Source: Candidatus Latescibacterota bacterium (GTDB lineage: Bacteria; Latescibacterota; UBA2968; UBA8231). From it: 64,000 nt of DNA. The stretch spans positions 6,336,001-6,400,000 of the forward strand of contig OZ241867.1 of the NCBI GenBank assembly GCA_965203175.1. The letters run 5' to 3'. Below the pieces are notes generated by a model, which was not told where the DNA came from, did no database searches, and worked only from the letters and a program-made list of their open reading frames with translations. A program made the translations under genes and the position numbers. The first letter of the stretch is position 1. Each line of letters opens with the position of its first letter. Positions 30,256 through 40,232 of this stretch are shown here, piece after piece.

Positions 30256-30458
30256 CGCTATCCTCTACGCCTGTCGATATACAAATATTGAATGAAGACA
30301 GGCACCTTATTAGATTGAACACGGCGTCCAAAGCGCCGCCAATGTATCGCCTTCCCCACCCTCCGTCAAGCCGCGTCGCCAGCGGCGACGGCCTCCCGCA
30401 GAGCCTCGCCGGGAAACAGCCGTTGGTAGGGGAAATCGACGACAATAAGGGGTACCGA

Positions 30459-31304
30459 GTGATCAAAACCGTAGGCATCTCAAGCCCAGGTGAGATGGGC
30501 CACGCCGTCGCCAAGGTTCTAGTAGATCGCGGCATGCCGGTAATCGCCTGCCTCGCGGGCCGCGGCGAACGCTCGCGCCAACGCGCCAATGCAGCCGGTA
30601 TCGAGGCGGTTCCCACCCTCGCTGAGGTCGCGCAGCGGGCCGACCTCTTTCTGTCGATCCTGCCGCCGGAGCACGCCAGTGCAATGGCGCGTCAGATCGC
30701 CGCCACCGGTGAGTCCCTCACCTACGTCGACTGCAACGCCATCTCTCCGAACACCGCCGTCGCCATCGGCGACCTAGCCGCAGCCGCAGGCCTCACCTTC
30801 GTCGACGCCGGTATCATCGGTCCCCCGCCTCTGAAAGCGGGCATCACCCGATTCTACGCCTCTGGCGAGCAGGCCGATGAATTCGCGGCCCTGTCGCAGT
30901 ACGGCCTCGACATTCGGGTAGTCGGCAGCGAGATCGGCCAGGCTTCCGGCTTCAAGATGTGTTACGCATCGCAGACCAAGGGGCGCTATGCGATCTTCAT
31001 CGAGTCTCTAGTGGCGGCCCAGCGCTTGGGCTTTTACGATCTGCTCGTCGCAGAGCTGAAGTCGAGTCAGGCAGCGACCTACGCCGACATTGAGAAAATG
31101 GTTCCAGGCATTCCTTTAAAGGCGGGCCGCTGGATCGCCGAAATGGAGGAAATCGCCGCGACCTTTGGCGAGGTCGGCATGACGCAGCACATTTTTCGCG
31201 GAGCCGCCGACCTGTATCGAGCCATTGACGGAGCCGATCCCGAGACCCTGGATGGAACTGCGCTCGAGCAACTGATCGCCCGACTCGCCAGCAAAATGGA
31301 GTGA
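30459..31304 (+). CDS. NAD(P)-dependent dehydrogenase, 6PGD-like with DUF1932
   Basis: SPGEMG, YVDCNAISP, FVDAGIIGPPP, KMCYA, RWIAEMEEIA. Confidence 0.85.
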   Translation: MIKTVGISSPGEMGHAVAKVLVDRGMPVIACLAGRGERSRQRANAAGIEAVPTLAEVAQRADLFLSILPPEHASAMARQIAATGESLTYVDCNAISPNTAVAIGDLAAAAGLTFVDAGIIGPPPLKAGITRFYASGEQADEFAALSQYGLDIRVVGSEIGQASGFKMCYASQTKGRYAIFIESLVAAQRLGFYDLLVAELKSSQAATYADIEKMVPGIPLKAGRWIAEMEEIAATFGEVGMTQHIFRGAADLYRAIDGADPETLDGTALEQLIARLASKME

Positions 31305-31336
31305 CCTTTTCTACACTTTCTGCCGGGAGAAACCAC

Positions 31337-32170
31337 ATGATCCGCCTCAACCAACAGCAACTCAACTTTTTCGACACCTTCGGCTACCTCGCGCTGCCGG
31401 GCTTGATGGCCGACTGTATCGACGAAATCATCGACGCCTTCGAGCAAGTCTGGGCCGAGCGCGGCGGGGGCCACTACGGCCAACCGCACGACGGCGAACG
31501 GCGCTCCTGCATTGTGCCCTTCATCGATCAACACGAGCGCCTGTGCGCGCTGCTCGACGATCCGCGCATCGAGGGGTTGCTCGCCAGCCTGCTCGGCGAC
31601 GACTTCAACTACAGCGGTTCCGACGGCAACTACTACGCCGGCGACACCCGGTGGCACTCCGACGGCTACCAGAAGGAAATCCGCCACGTCAAGATCGCCT
31701 TCTACCTCGACCACCTGACCCGCGACACCGGCTGCCTGCGCGTGATCCCGGGCAGCCACCGCCGCGGCGACCAGTACGCCGAGACGCTTGAAGCGAACGT
31801 CAAGCAATCGCAGGAGCAATGGGGCATCTCCGGCGACCAAGTCCCAGCCGTCGCCCTGGAGATCATCCCAGGAGACGTCGTCGTCTTCCAGCACAACCTC
31901 AAACACGCAGCCTTCGGCGGCAGTGGACGTCGCCGCATGTTCACCATCAACTGCATGGTGCGCGTGCCCGACGATCAGATCGATCTTGTCAAACAGGACA
32001 TCGCCGGACTGGCCCGCTTCTGGGCCGAGCGCGCGTACGGCGAGACCATGCTCGCCACGGCGAGCAAACGCCGCATGGTCCACCTCGAACAGCGCATGGC
32101 CAATGACGGCCACCTCAAAGAACTAGCGGCGAAGGCGCGGGCCGAGATGCCCGAGCCATCGCGGGGATAG
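31337..32170 (+). CDS. Phytanoyl-CoA dioxygenase (PhyH) family protein
   Basis: FFDTFGYL, WHSD, GCLRVIPGSH, PGDVVVF, HAA, RRMF. Confidence 0.9.
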   Translation: MIRLNQQQLNFFDTFGYLALPGLMADCIDEIIDAFEQVWAERGGGHYGQPHDGERRSCIVPFIDQHERLCALLDDPRIEGLLASLLGDDFNYSGSDGNYYAGDTRWHSDGYQKEIRHVKIAFYLDHLTRDTGCLRVIPGSHRRGDQYAETLEANVKQSQEQWGISGDQVPAVALEIIPGDVVVFQHNLKHAAFGGSGRRRMFTINCMVRVPDDQIDLVKQDIAGLARFWAERAYGETMLATASKRRMVHLEQRMANDGHLKELAAKARAEMPEPSRG

Positions 32171-32177
32171 GAAAATC

Positions 32178-33104
32178 ATGAGCGACCACTACGAATTCAA
32201 GATGGGGATGTACCTCGGCGAGCTGCAGCAGCCCTTCGAGCAATCGCTGGCCACGGCGCGCGACCTCGGCGCGCACTACGTCTGGTGCGGCACCCACTCC
32301 AACAATCGCAGCCTCTACGAGCTTGCCGACGACGAGATAGACCAAGCCGCTGAACAGGTCGCCGCACACGGTCTCAAGTTTTTCCTGCTCGACGGCGCGG
32401 GGTTGTTCAAGACAGTGCACCTCGCCGAGCTTGAGCCGGGCAAGATGCTCGAACACGCCCAGTTCAAGGAGCACTTCACCAAGCTGGAACGAGCGATGGA
32501 GGTTTCAGCCCGCTTGGGGATCGGTGCAGTCGGCTGCAGTAGCTTCGCCTGGCCAGCCGAGTACACCGGCGGCAAGCCCACTTGGCCGATGCGCTGGGCG
32601 ACGCGCGGCGGCATCATCTCCGATGGCGACATGGAAAAGCTCGTCGAGGCGTTCTCCATGTTCGCCGACATCGCCGAGAAACACAACGTCGATATCGCCT
32701 TCCTGATGATGCAGTGGAACTACGGCAACACCAGCCGCAACTTCCGCCGCATCGTCGAAGCCGTAGGCTCGCGGCGCTTCAAGGCGCTCTGGTGTCCAGC
32801 CGACAACTACAATTGCGGCGAAGTCGATAACGCCACCGCTGGCTTCGAAAACCTGCGCCCCTACCTGTACGGCGTCCACGCCAAGGACCTGCGCACCATA
32901 AACGGTTCAAAGCTCGAATTCGAATACACGCCCATCGGCGAGGGCCACGTCGATTACCCGACGATCCTGCGCAACCTGCGCGACAACCACTGCGACGTCG
33001 TCCTGTCGATCGCCACTCACTTCCTACCGGCAAGCGGCTCACGGCTCGAAGCCATGCAGACGAACTACGCCAACATCCGCAGGCTGATTGGTGAGGTGGC
33101 GTAG
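32178..33104 (+). CDS. Sugar phosphate isomerase/epimerase (AP endonuclease 2 TIM barrel)
   Basis: VHAKD, PIGEGHVDY; several canonical metal ligands appear substituted. Confidence 0.75.
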   Translation: MSDHYEFKMGMYLGELQQPFEQSLATARDLGAHYVWCGTHSNNRSLYELADDEIDQAAEQVAAHGLKFFLLDGAGLFKTVHLAELEPGKMLEHAQFKEHFTKLERAMEVSARLGIGAVGCSSFAWPAEYTGGKPTWPMRWATRGGIISDGDMEKLVEAFSMFADIAEKHNVDIAFLMMQWNYGNTSRNFRRIVEAVGSRRFKALWCPADNYNCGEVDNATAGFENLRPYLYGVHAKDLRTINGSKLEFEYTPIGEGHVDYPTILRNLRDNHCDVVLSIATHFLPASGSRLEAMQTNYANIRRLIGEVA

Positions 33105-33131
33105 CTTCTACTGCTCAACAGGAGAACATCC

Positions 33132-33875
33132 ATGACTAGCTCAGCACAGGGCGACAGCGTCGTCATTCTATTCCGAGGTGGACGCTTACCTCAGTGGCAT
33201 CAACTCGACGACGAGCAGCGGCTCGCCTACGAGCGCCAGCACGTGGACCTAATGCTGTCCGTCTCCGAGCACCACAGCCTGATCGGCATACACGGGTACC
33301 GCCTGCTGACATCCCGCAACAGTTGGGAGCGCTTCTGGACCATTGAATTTCCGAACCTAGCCGGTGCCGAGGCCTGGATGTCGGCGGAGGTGGAGCCTCC
33401 GTACGGACACTACGGCTTCTACGACTACTCCCTCGCCCGCCGCTGGCAACCAGAGAGCCTAGCTTGGCTACCCCGCAAGCCCGAGCCCTCCATAGCCCCC
33501 GACGCGGACCCACACGTAATCCCACCCCTGACCGTCGATCCCTCCTCAATCGTCGTACTCGCCTTCGGCGGCTGGCGTCGCGGCTCCGACCAAGTTGATC
33601 CGCAGACGCGCGGCGACGAGAATCGCCAGCAACGACTGCAGGAGGTGGCCCGAGAGCACGACCTCATCCACGGGGAAGTCTTCCGCCTCCTCGGGACCAA
33701 CACCGAAGGCGAATTCCTCGGGATCTTAGAGTTTCCCCAGCTAGCCGGTGCTGAAGCTTGGATCGAAGCCGAGAAGGCACCACCCGCCGGGTCCTATCAC
33801 AAACGCAACTACCACCTCGCCAGACGCTGGGCACCCGAATACTTCGTCACCTGGCCGCCGAAGACAGGCGACTGA
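33132..33875 (+). CDS. Hypothetical protein with two tandem dimeric alpha/beta-barrel-like repeats
   Basis: IEFPNLAGAEAW...LARRWQPE repeated as LEFPQLAGAEAW...LARRWAPE; AGGAG SD. Confidence 0.7.
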   Translation: MTSSAQGDSVVILFRGGRLPQWHQLDDEQRLAYERQHVDLMLSVSEHHSLIGIHGYRLLTSRNSWERFWTIEFPNLAGAEAWMSAEVEPPYGHYGFYDYSLARRWQPESLAWLPRKPEPSIAPDADPHVIPPLTVDPSSIVVLAFGGWRRGSDQVDPQTRGDENRQQRLQEVAREHDLIHGEVFRLLGTNTEGEFLGILEFPQLAGAEAWIEAEKAPPAGSYHKRNYHLARRWAPEYFVTWPPKTGD

Positions 33876-33881
33876 GGAAAC

Positions 33882-34769
33882 ATGACGCGACTCCAACTCC
33901 TCTGCACCGGCACGCCCGCCCCGCTAGCCCATCGCGGCGGCTCCAGCTATCTAGTCCAGACGGGGGACGAGACCCTAATCTTCGACTGCGGCTCAGGATC
34001 GGTGCGACGCATGCTCGAAGCCGGCCTCGCCTTGCCCTCAATCGACCACCTGTTCCTGACCCACCTGCACTACGACCACTGCGTTGATTTCGCCTACCTA
34101 GTGCTGACGCGTTGGGACCAAGGCGTCGGCCAGATCCCGGAACTGCGGGTGTACGGCCCAGCACCGACGGCACACATGTCGCACCAGTTGTTCTCCGCCG
34201 ATGGCGCCTTCGGCCCGGACTTGGCAGCCCGGACCGAGCACCCGGGCAGCCACTTCGTGTACGAGGCGCGCGGCGGCGTGATGCCCAGGGAAAGACCCAA
34301 CCCCCAAGTGCGCGAGGTCGGGCACGGAGACCGGATCGAGACTGACGGCTGGCAGGTCGATGTGGCCGAGGTGGTACACGTGCAGCCGCAGCTCACCTGC
34401 CTAGCCTACCGCCTGACCACACCCGACGGTACCATCGTGTTCGGCGGCGACACGGCACCAGTGGACCGCCTCACCGAGCTGGCGAGAGGCGCGGACGTGC
34501 TGCTGCACATGTGCCACTTCATCAACGGCGTAGTCACCGACGGACGCCTGACCAACAGCTGCTCCGGCCACCTTGATGCAGCGGCCACGGCGCGGGACGC
34601 CGGCGTGAAGACGCTGGTCCTCGTTCATCTGACGGAGCAGCTAGAGACACCCGGTGTGCAGGAGCGCGTGCTGCACGAAGTGGGAGAGGTGTTCGACGGG
34701 CAGGTGATCCTCAGTCAGGACCTGCTCGAAGTGCCCCTAGGGACCATCGGCACGGAACCGGTGCGATGA
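33882..34769 (+). CDS. MBL-fold hydrolase, RNase Z/AtsA-like
   Basis: LCTGTP, FDCGSG, THLHYDH, GGDT, LVLVH. Confidence 0.88.
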   Translation: MTRLQLLCTGTPAPLAHRGGSSYLVQTGDETLIFDCGSGSVRRMLEAGLALPSIDHLFLTHLHYDHCVDFAYLVLTRWDQGVGQIPELRVYGPAPTAHMSHQLFSADGAFGPDLAARTEHPGSHFVYEARGGVMPRERPNPQVREVGHGDRIETDGWQVDVAEVVHVQPQLTCLAYRLTTPDGTIVFGGDTAPVDRLTELARGADVLLHMCHFINGVVTDGRLTNSCSGHLDAAATARDAGVKTLVLVHLTEQLETPGVQERVLHEVGEVFDGQVILSQDLLEVPLGTIGTEPVR

Positions 34770-34794
34770 GCACCGAAAGCGATGAGCCCCTAGC

Positions 34795-36420
34795 GTGAGC
34801 CCGCGCCCACCAGCGCCCAACTACGGGATCATCTTCAACAACGACGGCGGCTATCTGAAGCACGCCGAGTTCCCGATGTCCGTCGAGGATCTGCTGGAGC
34901 GGATCTACGGGGCCCTAACGGGGACCCAAGTCGGTGCCCTGGCGTGGTGTGTGGGGGTCGAGGAGGCACACTGGCCCTCGGACCGGCTGCCGATGATCGG
35001 CGAGGCAGAGGGCCGCCGGTACTTATCCGTCCGCGACATGCGCCGGGCGGAAAGCCTGCGGGCGATGTTCGATGCCGGCGTCGACCTGTACGGCCAACTC
35101 GTACGCCGCGGCCACCAGATGGGGCTCGGCGTGTACGCCTCGGTGCGCATGAACGACAACCACTTCTGGTCCGATGCTGAGCGCCGAGTCAAGCCGCTGA
35201 GGCCCGAGGAGATGGCAGCGACGGAGCGACCCCATCTCACGGCGTTCCGCAAGCGCCACCCGGAGTGGGTGCTCGGCGAGGGGGCACCGGCTTGGGCGGC
35301 CACGTCGTGGAACATGGCGGTGCCAGAGATCCGCGAGTACACCCTGCAACGCATCGCCGAGGTCTGCGAGCTGGCGGACTGGGACGGCGTCGAGCTCGAC
35401 TGGCAGCGCCATGCCTTCCACCTGCCCGAAGAGGACGCCTACCGCCTGCGCTATACCCTCACCGATCTGCAGCGCGCCGTGCGCCGCCTCACCGACGCGA
35501 TCGCCCAGCGGCGCGGACGGCCCTTCCACGTGATCGTGCGCGTCGGTGCCTCCCGGGAGACGAACCGGCGCGTCGGCTACGACCTAGAGGCCTGGATCGA
35601 GGAGAATCTGTGCGACATCGTCGTCACGGGAGCGAACTCGGGGACCGATCCGGGCGTGGAGGTGGAGGCCTACGTGGAGATGATGCAAGGCAGCCAGGTG
35701 CGACTGTATCCCGGGTTCGACAGCCACGGCGAGTGGGGGCGCGGGCACCTGCTGCCCACCGAGCGGTGGCGGGAGGCTTGGTTCCGCGGCCTGGCCACCG
35801 GCTTCTACGAGCGCGGTGCCACTGGCGTGCATCTGTTCAACTGGCACAACCACGTGCACGCGGTCCGGCCGCTGCTGCAGAGCCTCGGCGCACCCGACAG
35901 CCTGCGGCGCACGACCAAAGTGTACGCCGCGGTCAAGCGCCACATCCGCGACCGGAGCGAGCTGCGCTATGGCGCCGAGCGGGACGACCGACTGCGCGGC
36001 GAGGTACCCGTCGATCTGCTGCGCACGCTGGTGGGGGGCGGTCCGCAGGTCCACATCGGCGTGTACGAAGATGTGTCGGAGGACGCGATGCTGGAACTGC
36101 AGGTCGATCTCGACCACCTGTCGCCCCGGGACCAGATCGCCGTGGAGCTCAATGGGCAGCGGCTGGGGGACCCGGTGCGCCGCAGTCCGGCGGCCGAGGA
36201 TTCGGCGAATCCGGCGGACGTGTCCGAGAACACGTGGCTCGTCTGGCCGCTGGTCCCGGCACAGGTCGGCAAGGGCGTCCACCTCGTCAGCATCGACCTG
36301 CGCGAACGCGACCCGCATCTGCGACCGCCGGTCGTGGTGCAGAACGTGGAGATCCACGTCAGCTATCGCAGCGGTGGGAACACGAGCGCCGAATCACCCA
36401 TGTCGTGTCAAGCACCGTAG
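34795..36420 (+). CDS. Glycoside hydrolase-like TIM-barrel protein (GHL10/DUF187-like)
   Basis: IIFNNDG, SVRMNDNH, HPEW, WNMAVPEIRE, DGVELDW, GVHLFNW. Confidence 0.65.
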   Translation: MSPRPPAPNYGIIFNNDGGYLKHAEFPMSVEDLLERIYGALTGTQVGALAWCVGVEEAHWPSDRLPMIGEAEGRRYLSVRDMRRAESLRAMFDAGVDLYGQLVRRGHQMGLGVYASVRMNDNHFWSDAERRVKPLRPEEMAATERPHLTAFRKRHPEWVLGEGAPAWAATSWNMAVPEIREYTLQRIAEVCELADWDGVELDWQRHAFHLPEEDAYRLRYTLTDLQRAVRRLTDAIAQRRGRPFHVIVRVGASRETNRRVGYDLEAWIEENLCDIVVTGANSGTDPGVEVEAYVEMMQGSQVRLYPGFDSHGEWGRGHLLPTERWREAWFRGLATGFYERGATGVHLFNWHNHVHAVRPLLQSLGAPDSLRRTTKVYAAVKRHIRDRSELRYGAERDDRLRGEVPVDLLRTLVGGGPQVHIGVYEDVSEDAMLELQVDLDHLSPRDQIAVELNGQRLGDPVRRSPAAEDSANPADVSENTWLVWPLVPAQVGKGVHLVSIDLRERDPHLRPPVVVQNVEIHVSYRSGGNTSAESPMSCQAP

Positions 36421-36422
36421 AG

Positions 36423-37307
36423 TTACCGGACGGGCTCCCTAGCCCCACTTTGGACGATGGCGTCTCTCACGATCCTGAATCCCTGGAGAATGTTGTATCC
36501 CGTACTCGGTACAGAGGCCGACCTCGCTGCGGAACGGGCGAACAGGGATGAACTGTTCCTGCTTCCTCCCCGGACGGCTCGGAGATCGCCCCGCCAAGGC
36601 CGGGCAGGACCGACGAAACCGTTGTGCACATATTCGCTTGGTCTGTTCAAGCACCACTCCCGGGCGTTCCCATACATGTCGAACAACCCCCAAGGGTTCG
36701 GTTTCTTCTGGCCAACCGGATGTGGGGGGGCCATTCCGTCAGCGGCCGAATTCGCGAAGACCCAGGCGTGCTCTCCAAGCTCGTCGTCCGAGTCACCGAA
36801 GTACCAGATCGTATCCGTACCTGCGCGACAGGCATACTCCCACTCCTCCTCCGTAGGGAGCCGGTACAGATCGGCATCAAGGGCCCGATTTAGTGTCGCG
36901 ACAAACCCGACCGCCCGGTCCCATGAGATGCAAACCGCCGGCGCATCTGGATCGTACGGAAGGGAATGGCCCCAAGGTGTGGTGCCCATCACCGAGACCC
37001 ACTGTTTCTGAGTTATCTCGTACTGACCCATATAGAAGCCGCTCGTCTGGAAGAGATGCGCGGGTTGCTCTCCTTCGACCTCTGTTTTGTGGGCACCAAG
37101 GACGAGCAGCCGCTTCGCTCTCTCCGGCGTCGTGCCGATCGCGTCACTACCAGATGGAATCCAGCGGAGGATGATGCGCTCACCGCCCGGGAGATAGGCA
37201 GCTATCTCCTCGCCGGGCGACGGCTGGACGACGGTTTGCGCCTGTAACGGCAGAATCGCGGAGATTGCGGCGATCAGCGTTGACCGGAGATACGCCAATA
37301 CTCGCAT
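36423..37307 (-). CDS. FGE-sulfatase (SUMF1) domain protein, secreted
   Basis: MGQYEITQKQW, YRLPTEEEWEYACRAG, KPNPWGLFDMYGNAREW, RGGS, GFRIV; lacks the FGE catalytic Cys pair. Confidence 0.88.
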   Translation of the reverse strand: MRVLAYLRSTLIAAISAILPLQAQTVVQPSPGEEIAAYLPGGERIILRWIPSGSDAIGTTPERAKRLLVLGAHKTEVEGEQPAHLFQTSGFYMGQYEITQKQWVSVMGTTPWGHSLPYDPDAPAVCISWDRAVGFVATLNRALDADLYRLPTEEEWEYACRAGTDTIWYFGDSDDELGEHAWVFANSAADGMAPPHPVGQKKPNPWGLFDMYGNAREWCLNRPSEYVHNGFVGPARPWRGDLRAVRGGSRNSSSLFARSAARSASVPSTGYNILQGFRIVRDAIVQSGAREPVR

Positions 37308-37313
37308 AGGGCT

Positions 37314-39728
37314 TCATCGGGTCGGAATGACGAAATAGGGCGTCTGGATGCGCCAGTCCGGCCAGCGGGTGGCCTGCTCATCGCCGAAGAGGAACTCAAA
37401 GAACACCATCAGATCCCAAGCGGGATCAATGGAATCACCGGGAATCACCGCTCGATGCCCATCGCCGTCGGAGTGCATATCGACGCGGTCGAAGTCCAAG
37501 GCTTGATGGGCGATTCGGTGATAGCAGCGGACGGTGGATGGGGTTGGAGATTCGCACCGGATGCGAAGCTCTAGGTCGCGCCCCGCCGTAGCGCAGTCCG
37601 GAGGAGCGAAGGTCACCGTCAGCGGATCGAGATGGACGTCACCGCCGGGGAAAGGTCCAAAGTCGGCGGACGAAATCTCCGGCTGTTCCGCAATGAGCGC
37701 GTCAATAGCCGCCAAGTCGCGCTCGATCACAACCAAATCGTCCCGCCACTGACCTACGTGGCCCTTCTCGCGAAACCCAAAAACCAAATCGTCGCAGTAA
37801 GCATCCTCAGCCGCCGCAAACAAGGCCGCCCAATGGTCTTGTGCCTGGAGCAAGTGTTGTTGGACGGAGGACAGGCGACGGACCTCACCAGCCTGACGGT
37901 GAAAAGCGAGATGGACGGCTGCCAGTTGGCGGTAGGCATGGTACTCAGCCAAATGGGCGAACAAGGTGAAGTCGAGCAGCGTATGGCGCAGCTCCGGCTC
38001 CGTCGAATCTCCACCGAGGCCGGTTAGCAAGCCGCGCACCTGAGCGGCTAGCTGGCGCAGGTAATGGGCGACATGGGGCGGCGTCCATTTGCCGCAGAGC
38101 CGATTGCCCAACGCGTCTTCCACGTACTCGTCGATGCCGTAAAACCGAGTCGGGTCGCTGGGCTCGACCTGCGCGTCCTCCGCCAAGCTACGACCGGCGA
38201 AGCGCTCGGGCCAGAAGGTCCAAAGGCTAGCCGAATGCTGCAACACCACGGTGAGCAGAGGCAAAATCTGACCGCCGATGCTATAGAGGTCTTCCACGGA
38301 AGCGGCGGCAGTACCAAAGCGATGACTCAACTCCCGCTGCCAGACTTCAGAAGAAGCGTCCGGGTCGTAGCCCAAATGACCAAACAACAAGTAAAACATC
38401 CAGTGCCGCCGATGCTCCTCAGCGTGAGACCGAAAGGCAGGATCGGTGTTAGCTGACCACGGCGGCTGCTCGCCGCGGACCCCTTTGTTCGTCAGCGGTG
38501 CCATCACCTCAAAACCATCGCCGCCAAAGGTGCAGGAGCCAGCGAACCGCCGCACCCATTCGGGATCGGCCCACAGCAGCACGCGCTGGCTTCCCGCGCT
38601 CCACAGACGGTGGATCAGCGCAAAGGAGCGCGGCTTGCGCAGCAAATCCCAAGTGCCGTAGCGGCGGTAGTTTTTCTGGTCGAACTGCTGAATGGCCGGC
38701 ATGGGATAGGGCATGCCCAAATGTTCGCACCAGTGCTTGGTAGAAATCACCATGTCCGGAACGAGCTTCTGGGCGAGTTCGATAGTGTCGTCGGCAAGCC
38801 CCTTGGCGCGCAGGTCTAAGCGAATGGGACGACCGCATTCGGCAATGGCGCGAAACTGCGGCTCGTAGTACTCGGCTTGGCGATCCTCGGCAACGCCGGA
38901 CTCGTAGTTCATGCGAAACTGAACCCCGTCAATCTCTGGACATGAGGCGAGCAAGCGCGCGAGTCCAGCCGCATTGTATTGCGCTCGGATCTCAGGCGTA
39001 AGCCCCTCCACCATAGAATCCCCGTAGTCCTGAGCGTGCTGAGACCAGACTCCAAAGGTGAAGTGCAGACCGCGCTGACGAGTCCACTCGGCGATGCGAA
39101 TCAGCATGTCCAGACGCCGGGCACACTGTTCTGCGGTAAAACCGATGGGACGGACCTGGGGAAATTCGGGGACTTCCAACAGAAAGGGGTACGGTGGAGA
39201 CAAGTAAGCAATCTGGTGGCCGAAAGTGAGACTCAGATTGTTGTAGCGGCAGCGCGCCAGCCGCTCCAAGTACTCGTCCCAAAACTCCTCGTCGTAGAAC
39301 CAAGCCTCTTCGAGCCGACGGTTGCAGAGGAACAGTTGCATGCTGCGCCAAGCCAAGTGCGGCGATTGGATCGCAGGAGCGATTGCCGCGCAAACGTCAA
39401 CTCCTGGCGGGGCCAGTTCGACGGCGCGCGCCGCTTCGAACAATGCGTACATCAGGCCGCGTTCATCCCTGCCGCAAATGAGGAATCCGCCAGCAGCAAG
39501 ATGGTGGAGAACCAAAGATTCGGGTGCGTCGGGACAGCGCGCGCCAGCGCGAGCAAGGGCATCCTCCACGACCGACGACTGACCAGCTAGGCCGATGATG
39601 AAATCGGGATCTGGTCCGGGCGCGGCTGTGACCTCAACGGATTCCCCGCGCGTGCCGAGGGCGCGAGTCAACTCTTCCAACGCCCAGCGGGCGGCGCGGG
39701 GTAGCTCTGTGTCAACGACTAGATTCAT
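37314..39728 (-). CDS. Large hypothetical glycosidase-like protein (GH67/GH115-type N-domain)
   Basis: GRDERGLMYALFE, WRSMQ, TIM-barrel-like centre, C-terminal Ig-like domain. Confidence 0.55.
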   Translation of the reverse strand: MNLVVDTELPRAARWALEELTRALGTRGESVEVTAAPGPDPDFIIGLAGQSSVVEDALARAGARCPDAPESLVLHHLAAGGFLICGRDERGLMYALFEAARAVELAPPGVDVCAAIAPAIQSPHLAWRSMQLFLCNRRLEEAWFYDEEFWDEYLERLARCRYNNLSLTFGHQIAYLSPPYPFLLEVPEFPQVRPIGFTAEQCARRLDMLIRIAEWTRQRGLHFTFGVWSQHAQDYGDSMVEGLTPEIRAQYNAAGLARLLASCPEIDGVQFRMNYESGVAEDRQAEYYEPQFRAIAECGRPIRLDLRAKGLADDTIELAQKLVPDMVISTKHWCEHLGMPYPMPAIQQFDQKNYRRYGTWDLLRKPRSFALIHRLWSAGSQRVLLWADPEWVRRFAGSCTFGGDGFEVMAPLTNKGVRGEQPPWSANTDPAFRSHAEEHRRHWMFYLLFGHLGYDPDASSEVWQRELSHRFGTAAASVEDLYSIGGQILPLLTVVLQHSASLWTFWPERFAGRSLAEDAQVEPSDPTRFYGIDEYVEDALGNRLCGKWTPPHVAHYLRQLAAQVRGLLTGLGGDSTEPELRHTLLDFTLFAHLAEYHAYRQLAAVHLAFHRQAGEVRRLSSVQQHLLQAQDHWAALFAAAEDAYCDDLVFGFREKGHVGQWRDDLVVIERDLAAIDALIAEQPEISSADFGPFPGGDVHLDPLTVTFAPPDCATAGRDLELRIRCESPTPSTVRCYHRIAHQALDFDRVDMHSDGDGHRAVIPGDSIDPAWDLMVFFEFLFGDEQATRWPDWRIQTPYFVIPTR

Positions 39729-39803
39729 ACGCTGGTCATTTCCGCTGGCCCGAGGTCCGTCTCAGCTCTTTCGCGGCCTCGTAATACAGCATCAAACGAC
39801 GCG

Positions 39804-40232
39804 CTAAGCGAGTGGATGGCGCCAGCGCAGGTCGGGAAAGCGGCTGAAGTCGCGGTCGGTAGTGATCCATTCGCTGCCTGACTCAATGGCTAGGGCGGCC
39901 AAATACGCATCCTGTACCAGATTCCCCTTGCACTGCACCTGCCGACAAAGCCGGGTAAATATCTCCCAATGGCGTGCGCCGGGCGCGATGGCTACGCGAT
40001 TGGGACGATCGCGGATTTGGTCTGCGAAAGTCAGCGCTGTGTCCAGCGGGCTGGGCGGATCGAAGATGCGGCTGTGAGTAGCGATGCGGAGAAAGCTAGA
40101 CAACACGAGGTCGGTCAGGCCATAGGCTTGGGGGCCGTGGATCAGTTCTTCCAACCAAGCCCGATAAGCTGGGTGATCGGGGATTTCCTCGCGGTGGGCG
40201 TAGAGCAGGACATTGACGTCAAGCAGGACCAC
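39804..40232 (-). CDS. vapC: PIN-domain toxin
   Basis: LLDVNVLLYAH, GNLVQDAYLAALAIE, TTDRDFSRF. Confidence 0.93.
   Translation of the reverse strand: MVLLDVNVLLYAHREEIPDHPAYRAWLEELIHGPQAYGLTDLVLSSFLRIATHSRIFDPPSPLDTALTFADQIRDRPNRVAIAPGARHWEIFTRLCRQVQCKGNLVQDAYLAALAIESGSEWITTDRDFSRFPDLRWRHPLA

Noticed and set aside
35265-36551. Long Arg/Gly-rich ORFs (also 1196-1927, 31079-32113, 40615-41445, 45722-46708 and others)
   Set aside because: These are shadow or antisense frames of well-supported genes in GC-rich DNA
36423-37307. Formylglycine-generating enzyme for the sulfatase
   Set aside because: It lacks the catalytic Cys pair near RGGS, so it is only an FGE-fold domain
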